DNA of 64,000 bases from an uncultured Candidatus Saccharibacteria bacterium. GTDB lineage: Bacteria; Patescibacteriota; Andersenbacteria; UBA10190. Positions 9,087 to 19,254 of the stretch are shown here, in pieces (position 1 is the first letter of the stretch; every line of letters begins with the position of its first letter). The translations under genes and the position numbers were made by a program. The DNA lies in NCBI GenBank assembly GCA_964562905.1, contig CAZLVG010000001.1:2297-66296 (forward strand), read 5' to 3'. A model generated the notes under the pieces. The model was given only the letters and a program-made list of their open reading frames with translations, ran no database searches and was not told the origin of the DNA.

Positions 9087-12000
9087 CTACACCGCCGGGG
9101 CGGGACTTGCTTGGGGAACCACGGGCATAAGGTCAACCTTGAGTTGAAGCTTGGCGTCGCGGGCAGAGGTAATTTGAACATTGTCCCGGGTAAAAGGCGC
9201 GTAGCCCGGCTTGGACACCGTCACCGTGTAACGGCCGGGCGGCGGCAGAGCGAAAAAGCGCCCGCGGTTGTCCGCCACGCGCGTCATGACCAGGCGGTTG
9301 GTCCCCCGCTCGTACAACCTGACCACCGCCAGGCCCAGCGGCACGTGGCTGACAGCGTCCCGCACCAGGCCATAGGACGGCTGCCGGCGCGCTTCCGACA
9401 CGATCTTGGCCACCACCAGCAACACGTACCCCAGCTCCAGGGTAAGAAACAGAGAACCGGGCGACATCAACAGCAATACCGTATTAAGCAAGGAACCGGC
9501 GATAAACACGGGCCAAGACAGCCGGTGGCCTTGGTACTGCGCCGCCTGCCATAAGCCCAGCCAGCGGGCTCTGAACGAGCCCACCGCCTCGCCGGTGGGC
9601 TTTAGGGGAATAACCAGATCTATCGGCTTACCTTCATCAACAATACTCAATTTTCCACCCGTGTATACCACCTCGCCTTCTTTAGCCTCAAAAGCCGAGG
9701 CCGCGGGCGCGAAGGCGAAACCTTCCGCCCTGACGGCTAAAGTGTATTCCCCCGGTGGCAGCGCCACGGCAAATAGACCTTTAGTGTTAGTGTAGAGCTT
9801 GCGCTTAACATTCTTGAGGCGATTATAAACTGTCACCCGCGCCCCTACCACTGGCTCCCCCGTCCGGTGATGCACCACCCGGCCATGATGCCAGGGGCCT
9901 TTGCGCCCCCGCAGCAAGGAAACCGCTTTTTCCAAGCGCCTCTTCCCCACCAGTTGCCCGAGGCGCTCCAGCAGGGAAATAAGGCCGGCCAGCAGTGATA
10001 CCGCGAACAAAGCTATATCCAACGGCCGCAGCACCAGGGAGATCAACGGCGGCGTCTCACGGACAGGCTCCACCAACTCCTCCTGTTCCTCTTCAACGCC
10101 GGCCGCCTCTTCCGGCAAGGCTCTGGTCACCACGGTAACCGTGTCGCTGTCCGCCAGCCCCTCCGCGTCCCGGACCACCAAGCTGAATATGTAAACCTCA
10201 CTCTCGCCCACCGCCCTGAAAGACGAAGTGGCGGCATCAGACGAGCTCAAATCAACCACGGGGCCGTCCAGCTGGCGCCACTGGTAACTCAATGGCGTGC
10301 CCTCGGGGTCGCGGGAGTCCGTGCCGTTTAAAATGACCAGGTCATCAGAACTTACCACCTGGTCTTCGCCGGCATCGGCTTCCGGAGGCAAATTTTTCGG
10401 AGTAGGGGAAGGAGAAAGCCGCGGCCCGGACGGCGAGGGGGAGGCGGCGGGGGAGGCAGGCACGGACGCCCCGGGAGAGGCTGGCGCCGGCCCGGTGGGG
10501 GCGGGCGCGGGGCTGGCCGGCAACGCCGGCGAAGCGGTGACCGCCCGCGCGCTGGGCGCCCAGGCTTCATTGCCGTAACTGTCCGTGGCATACAACTTGA
10601 ATGAATAGCGAGTGTTGGAAGATAACCCCGTCACCGTGGTACCCGTCGCGTCAACATCAGCCATCGTCTCGTCGTCTTCCTTGTCCCACTTCTGTGACGC
10701 GCGCTCCAGCACCGCCGCGTGGTCAGTGCCATAATACAGTTCATAAGTAAAGGAGTTGCTGTCCGTCGCCCGGCTCCAGGTCAACTGCACCGAGTCGGTA
10801 CCGGCCTGCGACACTTGGAAACCGGATAAAGAAGAAGGGGCGGCATTATCCACCTGGAAGGTATCGCTGATTGTTACTTCGCCCAAACCGGCGTCATCCC
10901 GCGGAATGACACGCAGGCGGACCGATGACGGTTCGCCCACGATGGGCCCGCCGGTATTCAAGGTGGACTGCGTATCCCACTTAAGCGTCACCTTCACGCT
11001 GCCCTCGTTAGTGTCTATAGCATTGTCTGTTCCCACTTGATAGCCATTACCGTTGGACAGGTCAGCCGATCCCTTGTCCGTACTGGCAGAGGTCAGCCAG
11101 GGCTTGTACCAGTGATCACCGTCCAGCGAGTACTGCACCCGCAATTTGGTCTGGTCCCGGTCGCCATCCGATACAGTAGTGGCAAAGGTGACGGTACCGG
11201 AGCCGTCGGTGCTCTGGGATATACTCGACGGCGCCGTAGCCGCCGGCGCGGCCGCCGTGCGCTCGTACCAGTACACGGTGCCCCGGTGGTGGTCGCCCGC
11301 CACGATATCAAAATCATTGTCGCCGTCAAGGTCGGACACGGCCACTCCCAGCACGCTCTGCAGGGAGCTGGTTATGGTTTTTTTGGTAAATGATTCGCTG
11401 CCGTCGTTATCAAACCAGTAAATACTGTTATCATCCTGGGCCGCGGCCACGATATCCTCATCGCCGTCCTCGTCCAAATCAACCGGGACGGCCGTTACCG
11501 CGTCCACGCTGGTGGCCACTTCTCCGCGCTGAAAGGCGTAAAAGTCAAGGTTCCGATACAATAACAGCATGTCGCCGGCCGGCTCCGCCGCGATGATGTC
11601 CCGCTTGCCGTCGCCATTAACATCGGCTGTGTCCAGGTATGTCTGCCCGGTGTTCGAGTCATCAATATCAATACGTGACCAACTGTACCCGTCAGCGGTG
11701 GACCAGCGCTGCAAGCCGGCGCTGCCGCCGGTGATTATGTCGTTATAACCGTTGGCGTTCACGTCGGCAATAGTAATGGCCGTCACGCCGGTGCCGGTGC
11801 CCATGGTGGAAGAGGTAAAAGTGCCGGAGCCGTTATTCATCCAACGTTCCAGCGTTACCTGTTCCCCGGCAGTGGTGGCTGTTACCACGTCTGGCGCGCC
11901 GTCACCGTCAATATCTCCGGCGTAAGCCTTACCCTGGCCGCCCGTTCCGATATCGGTACCGGAAAACTCAACCTCGCCCGTATTGCGGTACCAGCGCACG

Positions 12001-12434
12001 CTGGGCTGGGCGCTGGTAAAAGTAACCAGCAGGTCCTGGGCTCCGTCGCCGTCCAGATCAACCACCCGCACCCGCTCACTGTCTACGTCGTCCACCAGCT
12101 TAGCGGTAAACGTGCCGTCGTCATTGTTGATGTACACTTTTACCCCGTCCAGTCCGGCCGTTACCACATCCACGTCACCGTCATCATCTATGTCAGACGC
12201 CGCCACGCCCAATACCCCCACCGCTGACGTTTCCACTCCCATGACGTGCGCGGTGAAGTCCAGCGCTCCGGCCGGCCGCGGTACGGATAGAAACCGTATG
12301 CCGCCATAGGCCAGCGCCGCTGCCAAGCCCAGCGACAGCACGATCCTTAGCGCCGGCAAAGCTGAGACCCAGTGTGGACTAATCCGCCGGATGCTAAGGC
12401 TGGCCCTCTGTTTCCGCACTTGTCCGTTCATCAT
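9087..12434 (-). CDS. Giant surface protein with FG-GAP/VCBS-like repeats, FN3-like domain, Pro/Ser/Ala linker, TM segments and CarboxypepD_reg-like domains
   Basis: Repeated DxDGDGxxD/FG-GAP-like motifs (DIDDDGDVDVV, DLDGDGAQDLLV, DVNGDGKRDII, DLDEDGDEDIV, DLDGDNDFDIV). An FN3-like stretch (LSGFQVSQAGTDSVQLTWS...YSFKLYATDSYGN). A linker PAPAPTGPAPASPGAS. Two CarboxypepD_reg-like modules (GARVTVYN...GEYTLAVRAEGF and RLYERGTN...GRYTVTVSKPGY). Confidence 0.7.
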   Translation of the reverse strand: MMNGQVRKQRASLSIRRISPHWVSALPALRIVLSLGLAAALAYGGIRFLSVPRPAGALDFTAHVMGVETSAVGVLGVAASDIDDDGDVDVVTAGLDGVKVYINNDDGTFTAKLVDDVDSERVRVVDLDGDGAQDLLVTFTSAQPSVRWYRNTGEVEFSGTDIGTGGQGKAYAGDIDGDGAPDVVTATTAGEQVTLERWMNNGSGTFTSSTMGTGTGVTAITIADVNANGYNDIITGGSAGLQRWSTADGYSWSRIDIDDSNTGQTYLDTADVNGDGKRDIIAAEPAGDMLLLYRNLDFYAFQRGEVATSVDAVTAVPVDLDEDGDEDIVAAAQDDNSIYWFDNDGSESFTKKTITSSLQSVLGVAVSDLDGDNDFDIVAGDHHRGTVYWYERTAAAPAATAPSSISQSTDGSGTVTFATTVSDGDRDQTKLRVQYSLDGDHWYKPWLTSASTDKGSADLSNGNGYQVGTDNAIDTNEGSVKVTLKWDTQSTLNTGGPIVGEPSSVRLRVIPRDDAGLGEVTISDTFQVDNAAPSSLSGFQVSQAGTDSVQLTWSRATDSNSFTYELYYGTDHAAVLERASQKWDKEDDETMADVDATGTTVTGLSSNTRYSFKLYATDSYGNEAWAPSARAVTASPALPASPAPAPTGPAPASPGASVPASPAASPSPSGPRLSPSPTPKNLPPEADAGEDQVVSSDDLVILNGTDSRDPEGTPLSYQWRQLDGPVVDLSSSDAATSSFRAVGESEVYIFSLVVRDAEGLADSDTVTVVTRALPEEAAGVEEEQEELVEPVRETPPLISLVLRPLDIALFAVSLLAGLISLLERLGQLVGKRRLEKAVSLLRGRKGPWHHGRVVHHRTGEPVVGARVTVYNRLKNVKRKLYTNTKGLFAVALPPGEYTLAVRAEGFAFAPAASAFEAKEGEVVYTGGKLSIVDEGKPIDLVIPLKPTGEAVGSFRARWLGLWQAAQYQGHRLSWPVFIAGSLLNTVLLLMSPGSLFLTLELGYVLLVVAKIVSEARRQPSYGLVRDAVSHVPLGLAVVRLYERGTNRLVMTRVADNRGRFFALPPPGRYTVTVSKPGYAPFTRDNVQITSARDAKLQLKVDLMPVVPQASPAPAV

Positions 12435-14871
12435 TATTGTTCACCACAAAATTTATCATGCGCCCTTCCACATAAATAACTTTTGCCAGCTTCCCTTTCT
12501 CCAAATATTTCCTGACGTTAGCCAGCTGTTCTGCCCGCCGCTGAAGTAGCTGGCGGGAATCGCCCGCGGCCGCCTTAACCTCTCCCCTCACCCGGCCGTT
12601 AACCTGCACCGGCAAACTCACCTCCGTGGCCGCCAGCTTGTCCTCGTCATACTCCGGCCAATCGGCCCGGCTAACAGAAGGCTTATGGCCTGCCTTTTCC
12701 CACAGCTCCTCCGCCAAATGCGGGGCAAAGGGGGATAAAAGGATAATAAATGTCTCCCAGGTCCGGCGGGCCACCACCGGCTGCTCTTCCAGTTCGTTCA
12801 ACATCTCCATCATAGCCGCCACGGCCGTATTGAACTTTAGCCTGTCAATCCCCTCTGTCACCCGTTTGACCGTCCGCTGAAGCGCCAGGTCTACTTCTGC
12901 CGGCACGTCATTTTTGTCGGCAACTCTTTCCCCTACTTGCCAGACACGGTCAAAGAATCTCCTCACCCCTCTAACGCCGGCAGTATTCCACTCCACCGCC
13001 TTCTCAAAGGGACCTATAAACATCTCGTACGTCCGCAGCGTATCGGCGCCAAACTGCTGTGCCACTTCATCCGGATTGATCACGTTGCCCCGCGATTTTG
13101 ACATCTTAACGCCTGCCTTCCCCAGCACCATGCCGTGCGAGGTGCGCTTGGTATAAGGTTCACTGCTTGGCACCAAGCGCAAATCGTACAAAAACTTATG
13201 CCAAAATCTGGAATACAGTAAATGTAAAGTGGTGTGCTCCATGCCGCCATTGTAAAGATCCACCGGCATCCAATACGCCATAAGCTTCCCGCCGGCCAAC
13301 TCCTGGTCATTGCGGGGGTCGGTATACCGCAGGTAATACCAGGACGACCCAGCCCAGTTAGGCATGGTGTCGGTTTCCCGCCGGCCCTTTCCTCCGCAGG
13401 TTGGGCATGAGGCGTTAACCCACTCGGCCACGTTGGCCAAAGGAGAGCGGCCGGTATCAGTTGGTTCGTACCGCTCAACTTTAGGCAGCTCCACCGGTAA
13501 ATCTTCCTCGGGAACGGGAACTTCACCACATTCGTTGCAATAAATGATAGGAATCGGCTCGCCCCAATAGTGCTGCCGGGAAAACACCCAGTCCCTTAAA
13601 CGATAGGTAACTGCCCTCTTCCCCCTGCCCCTCTCCTCCAAATAATCCATGACCTTCTCTTTGGCTTCACTAGTCTTAAGACCATTCAAAAATCCTGAAT
13701 TAACCATTCGGCCCTCGCCCTCTTCCACCTGCTCTGTCTTGGTTATGGGCAAATCGTCGCCGCCTGGTCCGACCACCACGCGTTTTATCGGAAGTCCTAC
13801 GGCCTGGGCGAAGTCAAAATCCCGCCTGTCGTGCCCGGGCACCCCGACTACGGCCCCCGTACCCACATAAGCCAGGACAAAATCTGCTACCCAGATGAGC
13901 ATTTTCTCGCCCGTCAGGGTGTTCTTGGCTGAATATCCGGTGAACACGCCCGTCTTTCTTCCGCCTTCCTCCTGTCTCTCCAGTTCGGACTTGCGCAAAG
14001 CCGCTTTGACGTATTCAGTTATCTTGTCCCTGTTTTCCGAAGGTAGCTCCCCTTTGATTATCTTCTTTACCCAATCATGCTCCGGCGCCAACACCACAAA
14101 AGTGGCGCCGAAATTAGTGTCCGGCCTGGTGGTAAAACAGGTAATGCCGCGTCCAGTCCCGCCGACTTCGTACGTTATTTCCATTCCCTCGCTGCGGCCG
14201 ATCCAGTTTTTTTGTTGCTCTTTCACCCGCCGGGGGAAGTCCACTTCTTCCAATCCCGCCAGCAATTTATCCGCGTAAGCCGTAATGCGCAGCATCCATT
14301 GCTCCATCTCGCGTCTCTCAACTCGGCCTTCACATCTTTCGCACGCACCGCCTGCCACCTCTTCGTTCGCCAGTCCAATTTTGCAGGATGGGCACCAGTT
14401 AATAGGAGCTTTCTGCTTGTAGGCCAGCCCGTTTTTATATAACTGCAGGAAAATCCACTGTGTCCATCGGTAATAACCAGGATCCGTGGTATTTATTTCC
14501 CGAGTCCAGTCAAAAGAAAAACCCAATGATTTCAGCTGTTTCCGGAAGGTGTCGGTATTTCTCCGAGTCGCCTGGGCGGGATGGATGCCGGTCTTAATAG
14601 CGTAATTTTCCGTGGGGAGACCAAAAGCGTCCCAGCCCATGGGGAATAAAACATTGTAGCCTTCCATGCGGCTCTTTCTGGCTACTACGTCCAGCGCCGT
14701 ATAACCGCGACAATGCCCGACGTGCAGACCGTCACCGGAAGGATAGGGAAATTCCACCAGAATATATTTTTTAGGCTTGCTAGAAAAATCTTCGGCTGTA
14801 AAGATCCCCCTTTCCTCCCAGTACCTCTGCCATTTTTTTTTGATTATTTTTGGATCGTACCTCGCGGACAT
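12394..14871 (-). CDS. leuS: Leucyl-tRNA synthetase
   Basis: N-terminus KKWQRYWEERGIF, HIGH motif PYPSGDGLHVGHCRGY, and KMSKS motif VKMSKSRGN. Length is 825 aa. Confidence 0.95.
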   Translation of the reverse strand: MSARYDPKIIKKKWQRYWEERGIFTAEDFSSKPKKYILVEFPYPSGDGLHVGHCRGYTALDVVARKSRMEGYNVLFPMGWDAFGLPTENYAIKTGIHPAQATRRNTDTFRKQLKSLGFSFDWTREINTTDPGYYRWTQWIFLQLYKNGLAYKQKAPINWCPSCKIGLANEEVAGGACERCEGRVERREMEQWMLRITAYADKLLAGLEEVDFPRRVKEQQKNWIGRSEGMEITYEVGGTGRGITCFTTRPDTNFGATFVVLAPEHDWVKKIIKGELPSENRDKITEYVKAALRKSELERQEEGGRKTGVFTGYSAKNTLTGEKMLIWVADFVLAYVGTGAVVGVPGHDRRDFDFAQAVGLPIKRVVVGPGGDDLPITKTEQVEEGEGRMVNSGFLNGLKTSEAKEKVMDYLEERGRGKRAVTYRLRDWVFSRQHYWGEPIPIIYCNECGEVPVPEEDLPVELPKVERYEPTDTGRSPLANVAEWVNASCPTCGGKGRRETDTMPNWAGSSWYYLRYTDPRNDQELAGGKLMAYWMPVDLYNGGMEHTTLHLLYSRFWHKFLYDLRLVPSSEPYTKRTSHGMVLGKAGVKMSKSRGNVINPDEVAQQFGADTLRTYEMFIGPFEKAVEWNTAGVRGVRRFFDRVWQVGERVADKNDVPAEVDLALQRTVKRVTEGIDRLKFNTAVAAMMEMLNELEEQPVVARRTWETFIILLSPFAPHLAEELWEKAGHKPSVSRADWPEYDEDKLAATEVSLPVQVNGRVRGEVKAAAGDSRQLLQRRAEQLANVRKYLEKGKLAKVIYVEGRMINFVVNNNDERTSAETEGQP

Positions 14872-14886
14872 AGTTTTCAGTATACT

Positions 14887-16209
14887 CTAATGTAGCAGCT
14901 TGCGTGCTACCTCCACGCGCCGCTTTACTTCCTTCTCAAATCCTTCTTCGCCCGGACAGTAATAAATATTTTCCTGTATTTCATCCGGACGGTACCGCTG
15001 TTTAACCACATGGCCGGGGAAATCATGAGGATATTTGTAACCTACGCCCCGGCCGTGCTTTTTCATGTCCTCCACTGGCGCGTTGGTAATATGTCCGGGA
15101 GGCCGGGCATTACCGTACTTTTCCACATCTTCCTTAGCCGCTTCCTTGGCCGCGTACACGCTGTTGCTCTTGGGAGCAGACGCCAGGTAAGTGGCCGCTT
15201 GCGCCAGGGCAAACTCTGCTTCCGGCAGTCCTACCCACTCCAGTGTTTGCGCCGCCGAGACTGCCACCATTAAAGAGTGCGGGTCGGCGTTGCCGATATC
15301 CTCGGAAGCGAAGATAAGCATGCGCCGCATGATAAATTTAGGGTCTTCCCCAGCCGCCAGCATACGAAAAAGATAAAACAGCGCCGCGTCGGGATCGGAG
15401 CCCCGCAGGCTTTTGATAAAAGCGGAAATGGTATCGTAGTGGACGTCTCCGGCTTTATCGTATTGAACAACGGTGTGTTGCGCGGCCGCTTCCACCTGCC
15501 GCCGGCCGATTTTACCTTCCCGCGTCGTTACTGCCGCTCTTTCAAGCACATTAAGCGCCCGGCGGGCGTCGCCTCCGGACATTTCCACCAACAGCTTCCC
15601 GGCCGCCGCCGATAAAGTAATTCCGGCATCGGCACCTTCGCCCAGCACAGACAGAGCGCGCTTTATTATCTTTTTCATAGCTGCCGGCCCCAACGCCTCC
15701 AACCGCACTACCTGCGCCCGGGACACCAAAGCCTTTATCACCTCAAAATAAGGGTTTTCCGTGGTCGCCCCCACTAAAGTAACCGTGCCCTCTTCCACGG
15801 CAGGCAGCAACACATCCTGCTGTGCCTTATTAAAACGGTGTATTTCATCCACTATCAGTACCGTCCTTTGGCCCAACCGCTGTCGGTTGCCAGCCGCGTC
15901 AATCACTTTCCGTAAATCCTTAACTCCGGCTGCCACGGCGCTTACTCTTTCCGGCGCTGCCTTCATTCTGTCCGCGATAAGGTAAGCCAGTGTGGTCTTG
16001 CCCGCCCCCGGCGGGCCCCATAGGATAAGCGATCCTGCCTGCCCCCGCTCCACGGCCCGGCGCAGCGCGGTGCCGGAACCCAATATCTTTTTCTGCCCCG
16101 CGAAGTCACCCAGCTTCCGCGGCCTGACCCGCGCGGCCAACGGCCGGCCCTGGCTTCGGTCGGAACTAGGCCAAAAATCATTATGTCGTTCTGCGGCAGT
16201 TCGCTTCAT
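14887..16209 (-). CDS. rarA: Replication-associated recombination protein A (AAA+ ATPase)
   Basis: Walker A motif [13 protein letters not shown]. The MgsA/RarA C-terminal region ([31 protein letters not shown]) is present. Confidence 0.9.
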   Translation of the reverse strand: MKRTAAERHNDFWPSSDRSQGRPLAARVRPRKLGDFAGQKKILGSGTALRRAVERGQAGSLILWGPPGAGKTTLAYLIADRMKAAPERVSAVAAGVKDLRKVIDAAGNRQRLGQRTVLIVDEIHRFNKAQQDVLLPAVEEGTVTLVGATTENPYFEVIKALVSRAQVVRLEALGPAAMKKIIKRALSVLGEGADAGITLSAAAGKLLVEMSGGDARRALNVLERAAVTTREGKIGRRQVEAAAQHTVVQYDKAGDVHYDTISAFIKSLRGSDPDAALFYLFRMLAAGEDPKFIMRRMLIFASEDIGNADPHSLMVAVSAAQTLEWVGLPEAEFALAQAATYLASAPKSNSVYAAKEAAKEDVEKYGNARPPGHITNAPVEDMKKHGRGVGYKYPHDFPGHVVKQRYRPDEIQENIYYCPGEEGFEKEVKRRVEVARKLLH

Positions 16210-16228
16210 ATCCTAAAAATACAAGTAA

Positions 16229-17794
16229 TCAGCGGTAACAGCGAACCGAGAATAAACTTTCTTTTTGGCTTACCTCCCGGAAAGATGCGTCGCCCGCCGG
16301 CTTCAAACTGCGATCGAGCACGTTATACACCAGACAGGATCCTTTTTGGACCGCTAGCGAACCGTACTCAACTGGAATGTCTTTATTGTCAATCAAACGG
16401 CGGTAAAAACCGACATCCGCCCAGTTAATACTTCCGTGCTTGTCATCCGACACAACTATTTCTTCCGGCCGCTGTCGCACGGCCGCCCGCAGCGCTTCCT
16501 TAAAGCCATAACCATTAAAAGCCTCCACGCTTTTGCCCGGATAAACCGTAAAATAGTTAGCCGTAAAAGCCGACGCCTCCAGCGCCAGTAAAACGAATAC
16601 GGCGGCAACCAATAATGTCTTCCCTCGGCTAAAAGTTTTCAGAATGTACGCCAGGCCATAACCGGAAACAATCAATATAATAAGCCCCATGCTCATGGTG
16701 CGCGTCACGTGTCCCGTGCCCGCGGTTAAGGTTAACGCCGCCGCGGTGGGCGCGGCGGCTAAGTTTAGCAGCAAAAACACGCCGTACCTATCCTTATCAG
16801 AACGTTTTTTCCAAAGAAATGCTGCCAGTCCCATCATAAAGAGCACAAAGACCGTTACCAATAACTCCCCTCCGTAGCCAATGGCGTGTCTTAGATTAGA
16901 GTCACCTTCCAAAAGCAAATAATAAGGGCCAAAATGACGGATGTAGTTAACAATGAAAGTCATAATTTTATACGGCCAATCCACGGCGGATGAATAAAGG
17001 TAAGTTATAGACTTAAAGCGGGCGGTCAGAGCGCCCGGGTGGGACAGCAGAAAATACAGGTAAGGCGTCACCGCGGCGGTAAAGGCCGCCGCCACCAGCC
17101 AGGCCTTCTTGATCCGGCGCCGACGCGCGTACACCAACACCCACGCCAGAAACATGGCCCAAGTCAAAAGCCGCCTCGGGGAATGGGTGTATATTGACAG
17201 GCCCATAAAAAGGCCGGCCAGCGCCTGGTACCATAAATTTCGTACGCCTCCGTTACGATGATACGCCAGGTACAAAAACAACAAGGCGTACACCACTACC
17301 GTCAACTCTGACACAGTTTCAAAGGCAACGCGCGACATAGTGAAAAACCACGGCAGAAAAGCGGCGGCGGCTAAAGTGTACAAAGTTACTATTCTGCTTC
17401 TGAACATCTGGTGCAGCAGAATGCCCGTCCCCACCCAAAAAGCCAGAAAAAATGCCGCGCTGGTAGCCCGCAGGGTAAATTCCGACGGTCCGAACAGATA
17501 AAACATCAGCGCGGCGCCGCATATATAAATCGGATTCTTGTACTCCCCGAACGCTTTGAAATACAAGGGGAGGAAGGCGCCGTGTTCATCCCGTCCGGTC
17601 TCGGCCACCAGGATTGCGTTATAACCAATGGAAGTCTCGTCCGCGTACAATCCCCTGGGAACACTGTCCAACTGCCACCCATGGACAAATAATGTTAACA
17701 GCAACAGCGCCAGTAAAGCCGCGCCGAACCATATTTTGCCGCTATTGAATATAGGCACCATCGGACTACTTAGTTCTTTAACCGTTCGTTTCAT
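16229..17794 (-). CDS. GT-C fold glycosyltransferase (GT39/PMT_2, ArnT-like) polytopic membrane protein
   Basis: Motif DETSIGYNA near the first periplasmic loop. More than 10 TM helices. Arrangement resembles ArnT/PMT_2. Confidence 0.7.
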   Translation of the reverse strand: MKRTVKELSSPMVPIFNSGKIWFGAALLALLLLTLFVHGWQLDSVPRGLYADETSIGYNAILVAETGRDEHGAFLPLYFKAFGEYKNPIYICGAALMFYLFGPSEFTLRATSAAFFLAFWVGTGILLHQMFRSRIVTLYTLAAAAFLPWFFTMSRVAFETVSELTVVVYALLFLYLAYHRNGGVRNLWYQALAGLFMGLSIYTHSPRRLLTWAMFLAWVLVYARRRRIKKAWLVAAAFTAAVTPYLYFLLSHPGALTARFKSITYLYSSAVDWPYKIMTFIVNYIRHFGPYYLLLEGDSNLRHAIGYGGELLVTVFVLFMMGLAAFLWKKRSDKDRYGVFLLLNLAAAPTAAALTLTAGTGHVTRTMSMGLIILIVSGYGLAYILKTFSRGKTLLVAAVFVLLALEASAFTANYFTVYPGKSVEAFNGYGFKEALRAAVRQRPEEIVVSDDKHGSINWADVGFYRRLIDNKDIPVEYGSLAVQKGSCLVYNVLDRSLKPAGDASFREVSQKESLFSVRCYR

Positions 17795-17835
17795 ACTCTG
17801 ACCTTACAACACCCGGCTGCCCGCGCCAATGTGGT

Positions 17836-19245
17836 ATGCTGGGGCCTAGCAAGTTTATGGCTCCAATTAATAAAACTTTTGCCGCGCTTCTCCTGGTAAT
17901 AACCTTGCTGGGTCTGGGCCTGCGGCTCGTACGCTATGACTCGGTACCGCCTTTTACCGAGACGGCCGATGAGTTTATCTATCCCTGGTACGGGATGTCG
18001 CTACTAAAAGAGGGTGTGCCTACCAGTTGGTCCAATTTTGCCGCTTATGAAGAATTTGAAGAAGTTGAAATATGGGGTCAATACTACCGCCTGGTGACTC
18101 CTTATCTGGACAAACCGCCCTTATATCCGCTGATCACCGGCGGCGCTGCGCTCATGACAGGAGCCTCTGCTTTTTCTGACGTGCGCCTTGCGGTATTAAG
18201 ACTTATACCGATAGCGTTGAGTGTAGTCACTATATTTTTGACTGGTCTTGTCGGACGGCGCTATTTCGACCGTAACACAGGTCTTTTGGCCGCTGCTTTG
18301 TACGCCACGATCCCAACCGTAGTTTTATCTAACAGACTTTCCGTCGCCGAAAACCTGCTAACCCCCCTCGTTCTGGCAGGCTTATTCCTGCTGGCCGGCC
18401 GGTTAAAGACAGAATTATCGCGCGCGGCCCTGATATTGCTAGGCTTGCTGTCGGGCCTGGCCGTTTTGACCAAACAAACCGGTCTGGCGCTGGCGGCGGT
18501 TTTTTGCTGCTTTTTTCTGTCGCGACGGCAGTGGAAAAGAGCTTTATTCATGGCCTTAGCCGCCTTGGCATCCCTGGAGATTTATTTTGCTTTCGCCGCC
18601 TATTATGACTGGCAGTTATTCGCCAGCGTTGTGCGTGAGTTCAGCGGCTATCACACCGCCGGCGCACCCGAAATAGCTTACGCGATTTTCCGCCTGCCCC
18701 TGGTCGGCCACGGCGGAGGCCTCTTCTTTGACGGCGCCGTGCTGGCCGGCTACATTCTGCTGTTTGCCTCTCCTTTTTGGCTGCTTAATGAACACAAAAA
18801 AGGTCTCTCCTATCTCCAAACGTCCCTGCTGCTTGGTTTTCCCTTTATTTATACGATTGTTTTGGGCCTTATGGAATCAGGACATAAGTCAGCCTACTTT
18901 TTCGGTTGGCACCTGTACCCTCTCTTTCCTTTTTTAACACTGTTACTGGCCAAGGCTATGCTGGACCTGTGGCAGCGGCCGGACATCTTAAAGGCGGCCT
19001 TCTTGTACCTTGTCTTGGGGTCATCCACTGTTAGTTTTCTTCTGTTCCTTTTTCCGCGTTTTCAAGACTGGTGGCAGTTTATTCTCACTGTTATGTTCGC
19101 GGCCGCCGCTGTGTTTTTTCTGTCGCCCCGCCCCAAAGACCGTCGCGCTTTGCTGACAGTCAGTTTTATCATTTTTATGGCCGTTAATATTACGACGGTG
19201 CTGTTCGCGTTCCACCTTTATCCCAGCGGGCCGCAGCCTCTTTAA
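17836..19245 (+). CDS. GT-C fold glycosyltransferase (PMT_2-like) polytopic membrane protein
   Basis: ADEF motif in the first loop and multiple TM helices. It is divergent from the previous GT-C gene. Confidence 0.6.
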   Translation: MLGPSKFMAPINKTFAALLLVITLLGLGLRLVRYDSVPPFTETADEFIYPWYGMSLLKEGVPTSWSNFAAYEEFEEVEIWGQYYRLVTPYLDKPPLYPLITGGAALMTGASAFSDVRLAVLRLIPIALSVVTIFLTGLVGRRYFDRNTGLLAAALYATIPTVVLSNRLSVAENLLTPLVLAGLFLLAGRLKTELSRAALILLGLLSGLAVLTKQTGLALAAVFCCFFLSRRQWKRALFMALAALASLEIYFAFAAYYDWQLFASVVREFSGYHTAGAPEIAYAIFRLPLVGHGGGLFFDGAVLAGYILLFASPFWLLNEHKKGLSYLQTSLLLGFPFIYTIVLGLMESGHKSAYFFGWHLYPLFPFLTLLLAKAMLDLWQRPDILKAAFLYLVLGSSTVSFLLFLFPRFQDWWQFILTVMFAAAAVFFLSPRPKDRRALLTVSFIIFMAVNITTVLFAFHLYPSGPQPL

Positions 19246-19254
19246 GCCGACTGC

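Noticed and set aside
10297-10591. Pro/Gly-rich ORFs on both strands inside the giant surface-protein gene
   Set aside because: They are generated by the P/A/S-rich linker-coding repeat and are not independent genes.
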